DNA of 64,000 nucleotides from Candidatus Binatia bacterium (GTDB lineage: Bacteria > Desulfobacterota > Binatia > UBA9968 > JAJDTQ01): the NCBI GenBank assembly GCA_963664535.1, contig OY761465.1:2063879-2127878 (forward strand), in the 5' to 3' direction. The notes beneath the pieces are model-generated. The model did no database searches. It was not told the DNA's origin and saw only the letters and a program-made list of their open reading frames with translations. This document shows, in pieces, positions 50,993 to 62,475 of the stretch (positions within the stretch are counted from its first letter, which is position 1; the number at the start of each line of letters is the position of its first letter). Both the position numbers and the translations under genes were made by a program.

Positions 50993-51577
50993 ATGGCAAC
51001 AAGGCTGTTCAACTCGAAAAACTCCATGTTCTGCGAGAAGCTCCGCGTGGTCCTGACCATGAAGAAGGTTTCGTACGAGGTGGTGGACGTCCGCGCCGAC
51101 AACCGCGAGTCGCTGATCGCCTTCTCCAACCAGCGCAAGGTCCCCACCATGGACATCGACGGCCGGTGCATTCAGGATTCCACCATCCTGGCCAAGTATT
51201 GGGAGGAGAAAATCCCCGAGCCCACCATCTACCCGGACAACCCCTCCGACAAGGGGCTGTGCCTGATGCTGGAGGACTGGGCCGACGAGGACCTCAACGG
51301 CGCCGTCATGGCTTTCCGAAGGGCCGAAAACGACGAGGACCTGAAAAAGGCCGAGAAGGGGCTTGCGGTCCACCTGGAGAACCTCGACCTGCTCTATTCC
51401 GGAAGGGATTTCATCTTCGGCCGCATGACCCTGGCCGACATCTCCATCTACGCGCAGCTCCACTACCTCTACACCGCCCTGGACCGCGAGATTGATGGCA
51501 AGCACACGCACGTGCATGCTTTCATCGAGCGTATGATGAAGGCCACCGGCGTGTCGTCGATCAAGGATGTGGCGTAG
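50993..51577 (+). CDS. Glutathione S-transferase family protein
   Basis: SMFCEKLR..L..K, NQRKVP.MD, IQDST.L..Y, FG.MTLADI. Confidence 0.85.
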   Translation: MATRLFNSKNSMFCEKLRVVLTMKKVSYEVVDVRADNRESLIAFSNQRKVPTMDIDGRCIQDSTILAKYWEEKIPEPTIYPDNPSDKGLCLMLEDWADEDLNGAVMAFRRAENDEDLKKAEKGLAVHLENLDLLYSGRDFIFGRMTLADISIYAQLHYLYTALDREIDGKHTHVHAFIERMMKATGVSSIKDVA

Positions 51578-51580
51578 GCG

Positions 51581-52000
51581 TCAGATCCGGCCCCAGCGGA
51601 TGCACCGCGCCACCCGGATCCGGATGACGGGCCGCTCGTCCAGGGCCATGGCCCGGTACTGCGGGTACTTCCGGCGCAGCAGCCGGACTGCTTTCTTGTG
51701 GGTCTCCCCGCGTGTCAGGATGCCGGCCCTTCCCTGGACGATGATGTGGGCCAGGCGAGACCAGTCTTCGTCGTCGTAGCGGTGGACCACTACCGATACC
51801 CGGGGGTTGGCGCGGATGTTTCGGACCCGCTTCAGCTCCCGGGGCGCGGCGGACTTGGGCTTCTCGTCGATGGGGGAGTACAGGGACTCGCCGTCGAAGG
51901 CGAAGCAGAAGGGCAGGTTGAGCGGCTGGCCCTGCTCGTCGACCGTAGCCAGATGGCCGACACGGGCTTGGCGGATGAAGGTGGCCTCCTTGCGGGTCAT
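51581..52000 (-). CDS. PPOX-class (split-barrel) probable F420-dependent enzyme
   Basis: ARVGHLATV, DEKPKS, LKRVRNIRANPRVS..V..YD.EDWS.L, L..KYPQY. Confidence 0.85.
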   Translation of the reverse strand: MTRKEATFIRQARVGHLATVDEQGQPLNLPFCFAFDGESLYSPIDEKPKSAAPRELKRVRNIRANPRVSVVVHRYDDEDWSRLAHIIVQGRAGILTRGETHKKAVRLLRRKYPQYRAMALDERPVIRIRVARCIRWGRI

Positions 52001-52014
52001 GACCTCACCTTTCG

Positions 52015-52188
52015 GTCATTCCGGCACCCCTCCGTCATTCCGGCACCTCTCCGTCATTCCCGCGAAAGCGGGAATCCAGGGGTTGTGGGGGTCCTGCGGC
52101 CGTGCTTCACCACCCCGCCCCTCCTGGATTCCCGCTTTCGCGGGAATGACGGAAGGGTGCGGGAATGACCGAGGAGGCGGGAACGACG
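52015..52188. repeat. CGTC-type REP doublet with 19-bp half-unit tails
   Basis: GTCATTCCGGCACC(C/T)CTCC x2, full palindrome pair at 52052-52151, then GGGAA(T/C)GAC units. Confidence 0.9.
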
Positions 52189-52209
52189 GTTTCTGGGGCG
52201 TCGTCCCCA

Positions 52210-53205
52210 CTACAGCTTGTAATCCCCCACCAGCGTCGGCGCGAACAGTTCCTCCACCGCGGGGACCTTGTCGCCCAGCAGGCCCTGTTCGCCCATGTAG
52301 CGGGTCAGCGCCTCGATGACGTGGCGGTTGGCCTCGATGCCGTAGGGCCACCAGTCGTCGCCGAAGACGTCCCGCAGCAGCGCCATCTCGGCCTGGAGCC
52401 AAGGCAGCGTGCTGGCCATGGTGTTGTTGATGTTCATGCGGTCGATGGCGTCGTCCTTGGACTGGCAGAAGGCCGTGTAGAGGCTTCGGGCCACCCAGGG
52501 GTTGGCCTCGAACACGTCGTTGCGGATGCAGACGGTGTGCATGATGGGGAAGATCTTCGTGCGCCGGTAGTAGTCGATCTCCACGGACTTGAAGTCGGGG
52601 AAAAGGCGGCGGATGTGCGGCGCGCCGGCGGCGAAGCAGGAGGGGATGCGGGCGGTGACCAGGGCGTCGATCTCGCCCTTGTCCAGCATGTCGTTCAGGG
52701 TGCGGTCCCCGCCGATGGGCTGCACCTTGATCTCCGGCGGCAGCCTGAGCTCGATGCGTTCCTTTCGTCCCGGGACTTCCTGGCCGCCGGTAAACCACTC
52801 CACGTCGCCGGCCTTGACCCCGTGGTCGTCGCTCATGAAACCGCGGATCCACACCGCCGCGGTGATGGAATATTCGGGCACGCCGACGCGCTTGCCGCGC
52901 AGGTCCTCGGGCTTGTCCAGCCCCCGGTCGGTGTTGATGAACACGCAGGAGTGGCGGAAGTAACGCGACGGGAACACCGGGATGGCGGTGAACGGGCTTT
53001 CGCCCCGGGAGGTCATGGTGATGTAGTTGGCCAGCGACATCTCGGAGGCGTGGAACTCCTGGTGGTGTCCCATGCGCCAGAAGATCTCCTCGGCCTGCAT
53101 CGGCAGGTAGTTGAGGGCGATGCCGTCGGGACTGAGCGAACCGTCCTGCAGCGTCTTGGTGCGGTCGTAGTCGCCGCACGCCAGGGTCAGATGTAGTTTC
53201 GACAT
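52210..53205 (-). CDS. 4,5-dihydroxyphthalate decarboxylase-like protein (NMT1/SBP fold)
   Basis: L.LTLACGDYDRT, EMSL..Y, AIPVFPSR.FRHS, GKRVGVPEY..TAAVWIRG, FPIMH, WPYG...N. Confidence 0.85.
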   Translation of the reverse strand: MSKLHLTLACGDYDRTKTLQDGSLSPDGIALNYLPMQAEEIFWRMGHHQEFHASEMSLANYITMTSRGESPFTAIPVFPSRYFRHSCVFINTDRGLDKPEDLRGKRVGVPEYSITAAVWIRGFMSDDHGVKAGDVEWFTGGQEVPGRKERIELRLPPEIKVQPIGGDRTLNDMLDKGEIDALVTARIPSCFAAGAPHIRRLFPDFKSVEIDYYRRTKIFPIMHTVCIRNDVFEANPWVARSLYTAFCQSKDDAIDRMNINNTMASTLPWLQAEMALLRDVFGDDWWPYGIEANRHVIEALTRYMGEQGLLGDKVPAVEELFAPTLVGDYKL

Positions 53206-53267
53206 GAGCGTGTTCCTTGCACGTTGGCCCGCCGGACCGGAGGCCCCGGCGAGTGTCCCTCACTCTT

Positions 53268-54569
53268 CTAGACGTCCACCTTGTGGATCACCAGGCCGGT
53301 GACGAGCTTGGGAAAGAAATACGTGGACTTCTGCGGCATCTTCTCTCCCTTGAGGGAGACGCTGATCATTTCGCCGGCGCTCGGAGGGTTCAGGATGAAT
53401 GCGGCCTGGCAGCCGCCGGCCTCCACCTCGGCCAGCGCCTCTTCGGCGTCGTGGGTGTACGCGACCGCATCGGTATTCACCGCGCCGCGGGTCGACACGC
53501 CCAGGATATGCTCCATCAACAGCACGTGCAGTGTGGTGACGTCCAGGGCGCGCAACTCGGGGCCCATGTCGGGAGCCAACCGCCGCATCGTTTCGCCGTC
53601 TCTCAGGCGCAGGGCCAGGTAGCGCGAATCGCCCCGGAAACTCGCGCCCAGGAGCCGCTGGTCGCCCTTCAGGTTCCGGAGCGTGTCCAGAAACCGCCGC
53701 CGCCCGTCGCCGTTCCGGGGGAAAGCCTCCACGTCGAAGTGGCGTTGCAGGCTCTCTTCCAGCTCCGCGGACGACACGTCGGGCAGCTCCCGGACGAGCC
53801 GGTGGGTGGGCAGGATCACCACGCCCTCTTCCCGAAGATTGGCGAAGTACATCATCACGCGGTTGAAGCCCTCGACGCCGCCGGCGCCGGGCCGTTCCGC
53901 CAGACGCCGGTTGCGGTAGCCGGAGGCGGCCTCGTAGCGGTGGTGCCCGTCGGCGATGAAGACCTCCTGCCGGCTCAACGCCTCCTGCACCATGCCGATG
54001 AGGCCGGGGTCCGTCACCGCCCACAGCCGGGAGGTGCCGAACTCCCCCATCTCGGCCTCGACCTTGGGGTCCCGCGCCTTCACGTGGTCGCTCAGGGCGT
54101 CGGTCAGGGTCGGCCGCTCGTCGGTGTACAGGCCCAGGATGGAGCTGAACTGGGCGTCGCAGGCGAGCATCAGCCTCAGGCGGTCCTCCTTGGGCTCGGC
54201 CAGGGTGTTCTCGTGGCCGTGGATGCCGCCGCCGAAGTCCTCGATGGTGGCCAGCGCGATGAAGCCGCGCCGTTCCCTGGGGATGCCGTCCTGCAGCCGG
54301 TATTCCTGGCTCAGGTAGTAGATGGCCGGGGCGTCTTCGGGTACCAGGGTGCCGTCTTCCTGCCATTCCCGGAACCGCCGCGGCACAGTCTCGTAGGGAT
54401 CGGCGTCGCGGCAAAAATCGATGCGCACGACGTTCCGCGGCGAGCGGTCGTAGAGTTCCGCCTGGTGCTCGGCGGAGATTACGTCGTAGGGCGGCGCCAC
54501 CACGCTGGAGAAATCGGCGATCTTGCCGGGATTGTAGGTCAGGCCCCGGAAGGGAAAGATCTGTGCCAT
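53268..54569 (-). CDS. DUF1015 family protein
   Basis: [43 protein letters not shown]. Confidence 0.9.
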   Translation of the reverse strand: MAQIFPFRGLTYNPGKIADFSSVVAPPYDVISAEHQAELYDRSPRNVVRIDFCRDADPYETVPRRFREWQEDGTLVPEDAPAIYYLSQEYRLQDGIPRERRGFIALATIEDFGGGIHGHENTLAEPKEDRLRLMLACDAQFSSILGLYTDERPTLTDALSDHVKARDPKVEAEMGEFGTSRLWAVTDPGLIGMVQEALSRQEVFIADGHHRYEAASGYRNRRLAERPGAGGVEGFNRVMMYFANLREEGVVILPTHRLVRELPDVSSAELEESLQRHFDVEAFPRNGDGRRRFLDTLRNLKGDQRLLGASFRGDSRYLALRLRDGETMRRLAPDMGPELRALDVTTLHVLLMEHILGVSTRGAVNTDAVAYTHDAEEALAEVEAGGCQAAFILNPPSAGEMISVSLKGEKMPQKSTYFFPKLVTGLVIHKVDV

Positions 54570-54585
54570 GCCCGCTTCTCCGGCG

Positions 54586-55098
<513 letters not shown>

Positions 55099-55218
55099 GT
55101 GTGTCTCCTCCTTCTTGCTTTGGTTCGAACGTCCAGGCGCCTCGCGCGGTCCTGTCGTGTTGCGCGGGCGGGTTTGGACCGCGCCCCATTTGAACCGCGC
55201 CCCGTTCGTTGGCGGACC

Positions 55219-56496
55219 TCAGGGTGCACCGCGGTTCATCGCGCGGCGGGCGATGTCCCGGCGGTAGTGCATGCCGTCCCACGAGATCCTGCTCACGCCG
55301 TCGTAAGCCTGCCCCGTGGCCCCCTCGATGGTGTCGCCCAGCGCGGTGACCCCCAGCACCCGTCCGCCGCCGGTGAGCCAGCGGTCTCCCTCGCGTTTCG
55401 TCCCGGCGTGAAACGCGTATCCGTCGCGCCAGGAATCGAGCGCGTCGAGTCCGGATATTTCCTTACCCGTTTGATACTGGCCCGGATAGCCCCGAGACGC
55501 CAGCACCACGCAGACCGCCGCCTGATCCGACCACTCGGCGGCGACCTCTCCGAGCCTGCCTTCGGCGGTGGCCATGAGGAGCGAGGGAAGATCGCTCTCG
55601 AGGCGCATCATGATCGGCTGGCATTCGGGGTCGCCGAACCGGCAGTTGAACTCCAGCACCTTGGGGCCGTCCTCGGTGATCATGAGCCCGGCGTACAGCA
55701 CACCGCGGTACACCAGGCCGCGGCGCTTGAGCCCCGCCGCCAGCGGCTTCAGCACCCGCTCCACCACCGCGTCGTGCACCGCTGCGTCCACCACCGGCGC
55801 CGGCGAGTAAGCGCCCATGCCGCCGGTGTTGGGGCCCTCGTCACCGTCGAAGATGCGCTTGTGGTCCTGGGCCGACGCCAGCGGCAGGAAATCGTCGCCG
55901 TCCATCAGGGCCATGGACGAAGCTTCCTCGCCCGTGAGCAACTCCTCGATGACGACCCGCTCGCCGGCCTCACCAAAGACCTTGCGCCCCATGACGGCGT
56001 CGAGGGCGGCTTCGGCTTCCGCCCTGCCGGAACACAGGATCACGCCCTTGCCCGCGGCCAGCCCATCCGCCTTGACCACGCAGGGCCGATCCTGGGCAAC
56101 GTACCGCCGGGCTTCGTCCAGGTCGGAGAACACCTCACAGGCCGCGGTGGGGATGCCGTTCTCCAGCATCACCTCCTTGGCGAAGGCCTTGCTGCCTTCC
56201 AGCCGTGCCGCCTCCCGGCTCGGTCCGAACAACCGGAGGCCCCGGCTCTCGAACAGGTCGGCGATGCCCGACACCAGCGGCTGCTCCGGACCCACCACCG
56301 TGAGGTCGATGCCCTCCCCGGCGGCGAAGTCGGCGAGCTTCTCGATGTCGCCGGCGCCGATGTCCACCCGTTCCGCCTGCTGGCGCATGCCGTCGTTGCC
56401 GGGCGCGCAGTAGAGTTTTTCCACCTGCGGGCTTTGGCGCAGCTTCCACGTCAGGGCGTGTTCCCGCCCGCCGCTGCCGATGACCAGGATCTTCAC
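55219..56496 (-). CDS. purD: Phosphoribosylamine--glycine ligase
   Basis: [57 protein letters not shown]. Confidence 0.97.
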   Translation of the reverse strand: MKILVIGSGGREHALTWKLRQSPQVEKLYCAPGNDGMRQQAERVDIGAGDIEKLADFAAGEGIDLTVVGPEQPLVSGIADLFESRGLRLFGPSREAARLEGSKAFAKEVMLENGIPTAACEVFSDLDEARRYVAQDRPCVVKADGLAAGKGVILCSGRAEAEAALDAVMGRKVFGEAGERVVIEELLTGEEASSMALMDGDDFLPLASAQDHKRIFDGDEGPNTGGMGAYSPAPVVDAAVHDAVVERVLKPLAAGLKRRGLVYRGVLYAGLMITEDGPKVLEFNCRFGDPECQPIMMRLESDLPSLLMATAEGRLGEVAAEWSDQAAVCVVLASRGYPGQYQTGKEISGLDALDSWRDGYAFHAGTKREGDRWLTGGGRVLGVTALGDTIEGATGQAYDGVSRISWDGMHYRRDIARRAMNRGAP

Positions 56497-56514
56497 GGTT
56501 CCGACAACTCCAAT

Positions 56515-56544
56515 CCGTCATTACCGCTTCCGCGGGAATGACGG
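56515..56544. repeat. Single degenerate CGTC-type REP
   Basis: CCGTCATTACCGCTTCCGCGGGAATGACGG between purH and purD. Confidence 0.75.
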
Positions 56545-56608
56545 GTACGGGGCGTCCCGGGCAGTTTCGCGCCGAAGAACATCCTGTTCCGTGAGTTCAT
56601 CCGCCGGA

Positions 56609-58183
56609 CTAGTGCCGGAAGTGCCGGATGCCGGTGAAGACCATGGCGATGCCGTGCTCGTCGGCGGCGGCAATGACCTCTTCGTCGCGGATGGAGCCGC
56701 CCGGCTGGATGACCGCGCGGGCGCCCGCCTCGGCGGCCGCGTCGACGCCGTCCCGGAAGGGATAGAAGGCGTCGGAGGCCACCACGGAGCCCGCGAGGTC
56801 GATGCCGTGGGTCTTCGCCCGGGTCCGGGCGAGTTGGGCGGAATCCACCCGGCTCATCTGGCCCGCGCCGACGCCGAGCAACTGGTCGCTCGACGTGAAC
56901 ACGATGGCATTGGACTTCACGTGGTGGCACACGCGCCAGGCGAACCCCAGGGCCTTGTACTCGTCGTCGGTGGGTTGCCGCTCGGTGACCACCTTGCACT
57001 CCCGAACGTCGATGGGCTTGTGGTCCCAGTCCTGCGCCAGCACGCCGCCGTGCACCCGCCGCAGGTCGAGGCTCCGGTCGTTGTCGGGGGTCATGTCGAT
57101 CTCCAGCAGGCGGATGTTCAGCAGGCGCTTGGCCGAGGACAGGATCTCCCGTGCTTCGGATGTGAACGAAGGCGCAATGACGATTTCCAGGAAGATCTGC
57201 TTCAATTCCTCGGCCGTCTCCGCGTCCACCGGGCGGTTCAGGGCGATGACGCCGCCGAAAATGGACACGGGATCCCCGGCCTTGGCCTTGCGGAAGGCAT
57301 CCGCCAGCGACACGCCGGAAGTGGCCAGGCCGCAGGGGTTGGTGTGCTTGATGGCGACGGCGGCGGTTTCGGGGAAGTCCATGACCGTGCTGAGGGCGGC
57401 GTCGGCGTCCAGGATGTTGTTGAACGAGAGCTGCTTGCCCTGAACCTGCGTGGCCCGGGCCACGGACGGTCCCGTGGAATCCGCGTGGGCATAGAACGCC
57501 GCGCTCTGGTGCGGGTTCTCGCCGTAGCGCAGCTCCTGCAGCTTGGAGAGCTGGATGTTGAGCCTCTCGCCCCACGGCCCGGCCTGCCTGTCTTCGTCGA
57601 GCCGTCCGAGGTAGTTGGAGATGGCGCCGTCGTACCGCGCCGTATAATGGAAGGCGCGGCACGCGAGCCTGAACCGGGTGTTGCCGGACAGGTCGCCGCC
57701 GCTGGCCGCAAGTTCCTCGGCCACCGCCGCGTAGTCCGACGGCTCCACCACCACCGCCACGTGCGGGTGGTTCTTGGCCGCGGAGCGGATCATGGCGGGG
57801 CCGCCTATGTCGATCTGCTCGATGATCTCGTCGAACGGCGCCTGCCGCGCCACCGTGGCCTCGAACGGGTAGAGGTTCACCACCACCATGTCGATGGCGT
57901 CGATGCCCAGCTCTTCCATCTGGGCGCGGTGCTCGGACTTGTCCCGCAGCGCCAGGATGCCGCCGTGGATCTTGGGGTGGAGCGTCTTGACCCGGCCGTC
58001 CATGATCTCCGGGAACCCGGTGACGTCCGCCACGTCGGTCACGTCGATGCGGTTCTCCCGCAGCAATGCGGCCGTCCCTCCCGTGGACAGGATTTCGATG
58101 CCCAGTCCCGCCAGCCCGGCGGCGAAACCGACGATGCCGTCCTTGTCGGATACGCTGACCAATGCTCTCTTTATCTTGCCCAC
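56609..58183 (-). CDS. purH: Bifunctional AICAR transformylase / IMP cyclohydrolase
   Basis: GTG start MGKIKRAL.SVSDK; [66 protein letters not shown]. Confidence 0.97.
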   Translation of the reverse strand: MGKIKRALVSVSDKDGIVGFAAGLAGLGIEILSTGGTAALLRENRIDVTDVADVTGFPEIMDGRVKTLHPKIHGGILALRDKSEHRAQMEELGIDAIDMVVVNLYPFEATVARQAPFDEIIEQIDIGGPAMIRSAAKNHPHVAVVVEPSDYAAVAEELAASGGDLSGNTRFRLACRAFHYTARYDGAISNYLGRLDEDRQAGPWGERLNIQLSKLQELRYGENPHQSAAFYAHADSTGPSVARATQVQGKQLSFNNILDADAALSTVMDFPETAAVAIKHTNPCGLATSGVSLADAFRKAKAGDPVSIFGGVIALNRPVDAETAEELKQIFLEIVIAPSFTSEAREILSSAKRLLNIRLLEIDMTPDNDRSLDLRRVHGGVLAQDWDHKPIDVRECKVVTERQPTDDEYKALGFAWRVCHHVKSNAIVFTSSDQLLGVGAGQMSRVDSAQLARTRAKTHGIDLAGSVVASDAFYPFRDGVDAAAEAGARAVIQPGGSIRDEEVIAAADEHGIAMVFTGIRHFRH

Positions 58184-58365
58184 GGGTGCAGGGTTCCTCC
58201 TTCTTTCCAACGGTTCAAGCCTCGCGGTTCGAGCGATGCGAGGCGTTCGAGACCTTCTTTCTCTTGGCCATCCATGGGTACAAGCGGCGATCCGTCGGTT
58301 CGTGGCAGGATAACAAATCAAGCACGGACTTCCCAAGCCAACCGTTCGATGGAAACCTTTACCCT

Positions 58366-59529
58366 TCAACAGCGGCCGCCGCCGTCCGGTTTCTGGTTGG
58401 TTTCGATGTAGTGACGCGGAACGCCCTTGCTGATGGACGTGAGGATCTCGTACGAGATCGTGTCCGCCCAGCCGGCCATCTCTTCGGCTGAAATGGTCTC
58501 GTCTTCCTGCGTCCCCAGCAGCACTACCTCGTCTCCCGGCTGAACACCGTCTATGGCGGTGACGTCCGCCATCGTCAAATCCATGGTGACACGGCCCACG
58601 ACGGGCGCGCGACGGCCTCGGATCAGCACCGCGGCCTTGTTGGACAAGGAACGTTTGTAGCCGTCCGCGTAGCCCACGGGCACGGTGGCGATGACGCTTT
58701 CGCGGCAGGTTACGAAGGTGCCCCCGTAGCTTATGGGGGAATGCTTCGGGAGCGTCTTGAGCTGCAGCACGCGGGTTTTCCAGGTGAGCACCGGAGCCAG
58801 CGGGACGAGTTCGGCCAAGGGCGGATGCGAGAAGATGCCGTAGAGCATTCCGCCCGGCCGGACCATGTCGAAACGGGCCTCGGGCAGCGCCATGGTGGCG
58901 GCGCTGTTGGCCATGTGCATCAGCGGCGCATCGTGCCCCGCCGCGCGAATGCGCTTCAGCATCCGGCGGAACGCCCGTAGTTGTCCGCGGCACGACTGCG
59001 ACTCCGGTTCCTCGGCCCTGGCGAAGTGGGACATGACTCCTTGCAGCCTGACACCCTTGAGCCCGTCCAACTCGGGTAGCCATTCCTCGATGGCGTCCGG
59101 CAAGAGGCCCAGCCGGCCCATGCCGGTGTCCAGCTTGAGGTGGCAGGGAATCTCGGCGCCGTGTTCCGCGCCGAAGGCGTCAAGGTGTCTCAGGAGGTCG
59201 AGATTCGGAACGACAGGGTCCAGGGAATACCGCACCAGGGCGGCCGCATCGTCGGAGTAAAGACTGCCAAGAACGAGGATCGCGGCATCGATGCCGGCTT
59301 CCCGAAGCCGCGCGCCTTCCGCCACCGTGGCGACGCCCAGGCGGCTGACCCCTTCGGCGCACAAGGCGCGCGCGGTCTCGATGTCGCCGTGGCCGTAGGC
59401 GTCGGCCTTCACCACCGCGAGGACTTCCACGCCGGGGCCCACGAGCCGGCGCACCGTGCGCAGGTTGGCGCGCAAGGCCGACAGGTCGACTATACAGCAG
59501 GTCCCCTCGGTTTTGTCGGTGGAAGACAC
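58366..59529 (-). CDS. alr: Alanine racemase
   Basis: AVVKADAYGHG, HLKLDTGMGRLG, SHFA.A, VRPG..LYG, VGYADG, GRV.MD, TISYE. Confidence 0.97.
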   Translation of the reverse strand: MSSTDKTEGTCCIVDLSALRANLRTVRRLVGPGVEVLAVVKADAYGHGDIETARALCAEGVSRLGVATVAEGARLREAGIDAAILVLGSLYSDDAAALVRYSLDPVVPNLDLLRHLDAFGAEHGAEIPCHLKLDTGMGRLGLLPDAIEEWLPELDGLKGVRLQGVMSHFARAEEPESQSCRGQLRAFRRMLKRIRAAGHDAPLMHMANSAATMALPEARFDMVRPGGMLYGIFSHPPLAELVPLAPVLTWKTRVLQLKTLPKHSPISYGGTFVTCRESVIATVPVGYADGYKRSLSNKAAVLIRGRRAPVVGRVTMDLTMADVTAIDGVQPGDEVVLLGTQEDETISAEEMAGWADTISYEILTSISKGVPRHYIETNQKPDGGGRC

Positions 59530-59537
59530 TCGGCGTG

Positions 59538-59867
59538 TCAGGAAACCTTGGCGCCCGGAGCGATCTGTTGCTCCGGCGCCAGGATGACGAGTTGGTCGTC
59601 GGCGGATGCGGCCAGGATCATTCCCTGGCTCTCGATGCCTCTCAGCCTGGCCGGCTTCAGGTTCGCCACCACCACGAGCTGCCGGCCCGTGAGATCCTCC
59701 GGGCTGTAGTGGCCGCGGATGCCGGCCACGAGCTGGCGTTCCTCCGACCCCAGGTCCACCTTGAGCACCATGAGCCGGTCGGCATTGGGATGCGGCTCGG
59801 CGCTGGTGACCGTGCCGACGCGCAGGTCGAGGGCGCGGAAGTCGTCGATGGTGATCAGGTCGTCCAT
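59538..59867 (-). CDS. tRNA-binding OB-fold protein (Trbp111/CsaA/MetRS C-terminal type)
   Basis: Start MDDLITIDDF; LDLRVG.V, HPNADRL..L.VDLG..RQ.VAGI, NL.P..LRG..SQGM.LAA. Confidence 0.92.
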   Translation of the reverse strand: MDDLITIDDFRALDLRVGTVTSAEPHPNADRLMVLKVDLGSEERQLVAGIRGHYSPEDLTGRQLVVVANLKPARLRGIESQGMILAASADDQLVILAPEQQIAPGAKVS

Positions 59868-59999
59868 GGGTTGGATGAAGGCGGTCAACTTGCAGCAGGA
59901 TAGCAAAACACCGGGCGGCGGGCCAGTTGCCGCCCGCCGGGGACGGCGGACGGCGTTCCCGGCGCCTCCAGCCCTTGAACTGCGGGCGCGCTTCGGATA

Positions 60000-60030
60000 C
60001 TAATCAGAACCATTACTATTAATAATAAGG
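60000..60030 (+). promoter_or_regulatory. AT-rich stretch upstream of rbr, possible PerR/Fur-family site
   Basis: CTAATCAGAACCATTACTATTAATAATAAGG before the AAGGAGG RBS; a Fur-family gene lies in the same operon. Confidence 0.35.
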
Positions 60031-60038
60031 AGGCACCT

Positions 60039-60482
60039 ATGGCAAGCATCAATGGCACCAAGAGCCACGAGAACCTGAAGAACGCCTTTGCGGGCGAGTC
60101 CCAGGCGAACCGGCGCTATCTCTACTTCGCCCGGCAGGCGGACATCGAGGGTTACCCCGACATGGGCGGACTCTTCCGTGACACCTCCGAGGCGGAGACG
60201 GGCCACGCGTTCGGTCACCTGGACTTTCTCAAGGAAGTCGGCGATCCCTGCACCGGCGTTCCCATCGGTTCCACGGAGAAGAACCTGAAGTCCGCGGTGG
60301 AGGGCGAGACCTTCGAGTACACCGAGATGTACCCCGGCTTCGCCAAGACCGCCCGGGACGAGAACCTGGAGGAGTTGGCCGAGTGGTTCGAGACCCTGGC
60401 CAAGGCCGAGAAGTCCCATGCCGGCCGTTTCAACAAGGGACTGCAGGCCGTCGCCGGCAAGGACCCCGCGGACGCCGGTTGA
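60039..60482 (+). CDS. rbr: Short rubrerythrin (ferritin-like, no rubredoxin domain)
   Basis: [45 protein letters not shown]. Confidence 0.93.
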   Translation: MASINGTKSHENLKNAFAGESQANRRYLYFARQADIEGYPDMGGLFRDTSEAETGHAFGHLDFLKEVGDPCTGVPIGSTEKNLKSAVEGETFEYTEMYPGFAKTARDENLEELAEWFETLAKAEKSHAGRFNKGLQAVAGKDPADAG

Positions 60483-60509
60483 TTCGTCGGCCGTAGCTAC
60501 GGAAACTTC

Positions 60510-60552
60510 GCGTTCCCGGACCCCGGGCCAGGCCTTGGGGGTCCGGGAACGC
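60510..60552. other. Intercistronic hairpin (15-bp perfect stem)
   Basis: GCGTTCCCGGACCCC-N13-GGGGTCCGGGAACGC; no U tract. Confidence 0.7.
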
Positions 60553-60572
60553 CTGGATTCCCGGTTGCCCGA

Positions 60573-61145
60573 ATGGAAAAGGTTACCCTGAACGACATCG
60601 TCGGCTCCAACGTCTACGAGCAGAAGCGCGCCGCTTTCCGGCGCGAGATCATCGATCTCAAGAAGCACCGGCGAGTGTCCGTTGGCGACAAGGTTTCCCT
60701 GGTGTTCGAGAACCGGGCGACGGTGATCTTTCAGATACAGGAGATGCTGCGGGCGGAGAGCATCCGCGATCTGGACAAGATCCGGGAGGAGATCGACGTC
60801 TACAACGAGCTCATCCCCGATGCCGGAGATCTCAGGGCGACCCTCTTCCTCGAGATCGAGGATCAGACCGACCTGCGCGGAGAGCTGCTCAAGTTTCTCG
60901 GCATTGACGAAAGGGTGTTTCTCAGGATCGGCGGGGACCGCACGGTCCGCGCCCGCTTCGAGGAGGGCCGCAGCAAGGAAGACAAGATAAGCGCGGTGCA
61001 GTACATCACCTTCGGCCTCACCCCGGACGAAGCCGAAGCGCTGCGGGATCGGGATGCCAGCATCCTGGTCGACCACGAGAATTACCACGCCGAGGCTCCG
61101 TTGAGCCCGGCCACCAAGGCGGAGCTGCTCAGCGACCTGGGGTAG
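60573..61145 (+). CDS. DUF3501 family protein
   Basis: Y...R..FR..II..KK.RRV.VG....L.FENR.TV..QIQEM.R.E, YN.LIP, ATLF.E, K.SAV.Y..F. Confidence 0.9.
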   Translation: MEKVTLNDIVGSNVYEQKRAAFRREIIDLKKHRRVSVGDKVSLVFENRATVIFQIQEMLRAESIRDLDKIREEIDVYNELIPDAGDLRATLFLEIEDQTDLRGELLKFLGIDERVFLRIGGDRTVRARFEEGRSKEDKISAVQYITFGLTPDEAEALRDRDASILVDHENYHAEAPLSPATKAELLSDLG

Positions 61146-61175
61146 TGTCCCGCGCGCCGCCGGCGGGGATCGTCC

Positions 61176-61565
61176 ATGTCCACGAGACGGACACGACAGC
61201 TTGAAGTCATCTGGGATGTCCTGAAGGACGCGATGTCCCATCCCACCGCGGATCAGATCTACGAGCGGGTCCGAAGGGAGGTTCCGCACATCAGCCTCGG
61301 TACGGTCTACCGCAACCTTCAAAAGCTGGCCGCCGACGGCAAGGTGCAGATCCTCAACATCGGACGCACACAGCACTTCGATCCGATCCTGGACAAACAT
61401 CCACATTTCATTTGCGAAAGTTGCGGAAAGGTCTATGATGTCACCCTCGACCGTAGGGAAGAAGCCGAGCCCTTCCTCTCGCCCGACACCGGTTTCACGG
61501 TGACCTCCCACCAGCTTTCTCTCTACGGGACGTGCGAGGCGTGTTCACGATGCCCGCGGGTGTGA
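61176..61565 (+). CDS. perR: Fur-family regulator, PerR-like
   Basis: HPTADQIY, ISLGTVYRNL, FD.....HPHFICESCG, YGTCEAC; linked to rubrerythrin. Confidence 0.8.
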   Translation: MSTRRTRQLEVIWDVLKDAMSHPTADQIYERVRREVPHISLGTVYRNLQKLAADGKVQILNIGRTQHFDPILDKHPHFICESCGKVYDVTLDRREEAEPFLSPDTGFTVTSHQLSLYGTCEACSRCPRV

Positions 61566-61590
61566 GCCGCGGGCCACTCGGGGAGGAGCC

Positions 61591-62454
61591 ATGTCAAAAC
61601 ACCACATGACGGGTCTTGTGCTCGGGTTGGCGGTTTGGCTCAGCGCACAGGCCGCCTTTGCCATCTGCAATCCCAACCTGGTGCGTTCCTTCGAGTCGGG
61701 TCTCAACCTGGCCCGGTCCATCGGCCCGCTGGCCAGTGCATCCGCCAAGCCGGATGTCGGCCTGGGCCAGTATCAGCTCCGCTGGTTCGGCCACTCGAGC
61801 TTTGCCATCCGGTCCGGCACCGGCACCCGTGTGGTGGCCGATCCTAACTTCGACGTCACGCCCGGCATCACCGCCGACGCGGTGACCGTGAGCAACGGCC
61901 ACTACACCCACAACAACGTCGAGGCGGTTCGCGGGAATCCCCTGGTGCTCAGGGGCATCACGTTGGACCAGCGCTGGCAGCCGGTGCGGCGGAAGGTGAA
62001 GGACATCGTGGTGGTGAATCTGCCCAGCGCCCGGAACTACGACTTCACCCGTATCGCCAACTCGATCTTCGTCTTCGAGATGGGCAGCCTCTGTCTCGCC
62101 CACCTGGGCAACATCGGCCATCTGCTCACCGAGAAGCAGCAGAAGCTGCTGCGCCGGGTGGACGTCATGATGATTCCCATCGACGCCCGCAACAACCTGG
62201 GCTTCAGCGACCTCGTCAAGGTCATCGAGCAGGTGAAGCCGCCCATCGTGCTGCCGATGCACTACGACGACCCGGCCCAGGCCGAGTACTTCGCATCCTT
62301 TCTCGACGGCCGCTATCCGGTCGCGCGCCAACCCGACTCCCGGCTCGTGCTCACGCGCCGGATGCTGCCCAAGAAGACGGAGTTTTTCATCCTGCCGCAC
62401 CCGAACCCCTACGCCAGGAGCCGCCGGTGGGGCGACTGGGATGACGACCGGTAG
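61591..62454 (+). CDS. Exported MBL-fold metallo-hydrolase-like protein
   Basis: Signal peptide; WFGHSSF, TVSNGH..HNN, HLGNIGH, PMHY; canonical HxHxDH motif degenerate. Confidence 0.75.
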   Translation: MSKHHMTGLVLGLAVWLSAQAAFAICNPNLVRSFESGLNLARSIGPLASASAKPDVGLGQYQLRWFGHSSFAIRSGTGTRVVADPNFDVTPGITADAVTVSNGHYTHNNVEAVRGNPLVLRGITLDQRWQPVRRKVKDIVVVNLPSARNYDFTRIANSIFVFEMGSLCLAHLGNIGHLLTEKQQKLLRRVDVMMIPIDARNNLGFSDLVKVIEQVKPPIVLPMHYDDPAQAEYFASFLDGRYPVARQPDSRLVLTRRMLPKKTEFFILPHPNPYARSRRWGDWDDDR

Positions 62455-62475
62455 ACCCGTCAATCCCGCCACCTC

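Noticed and set aside
58184-58365. ZTP (pfl) riboswitch upstream of purH
   Set aside because: Could not find the conserved ZTP elements by eye; only a GCCTCGC/GCGAGGC hairpin. An Infernal/Rfam scan would settle it.
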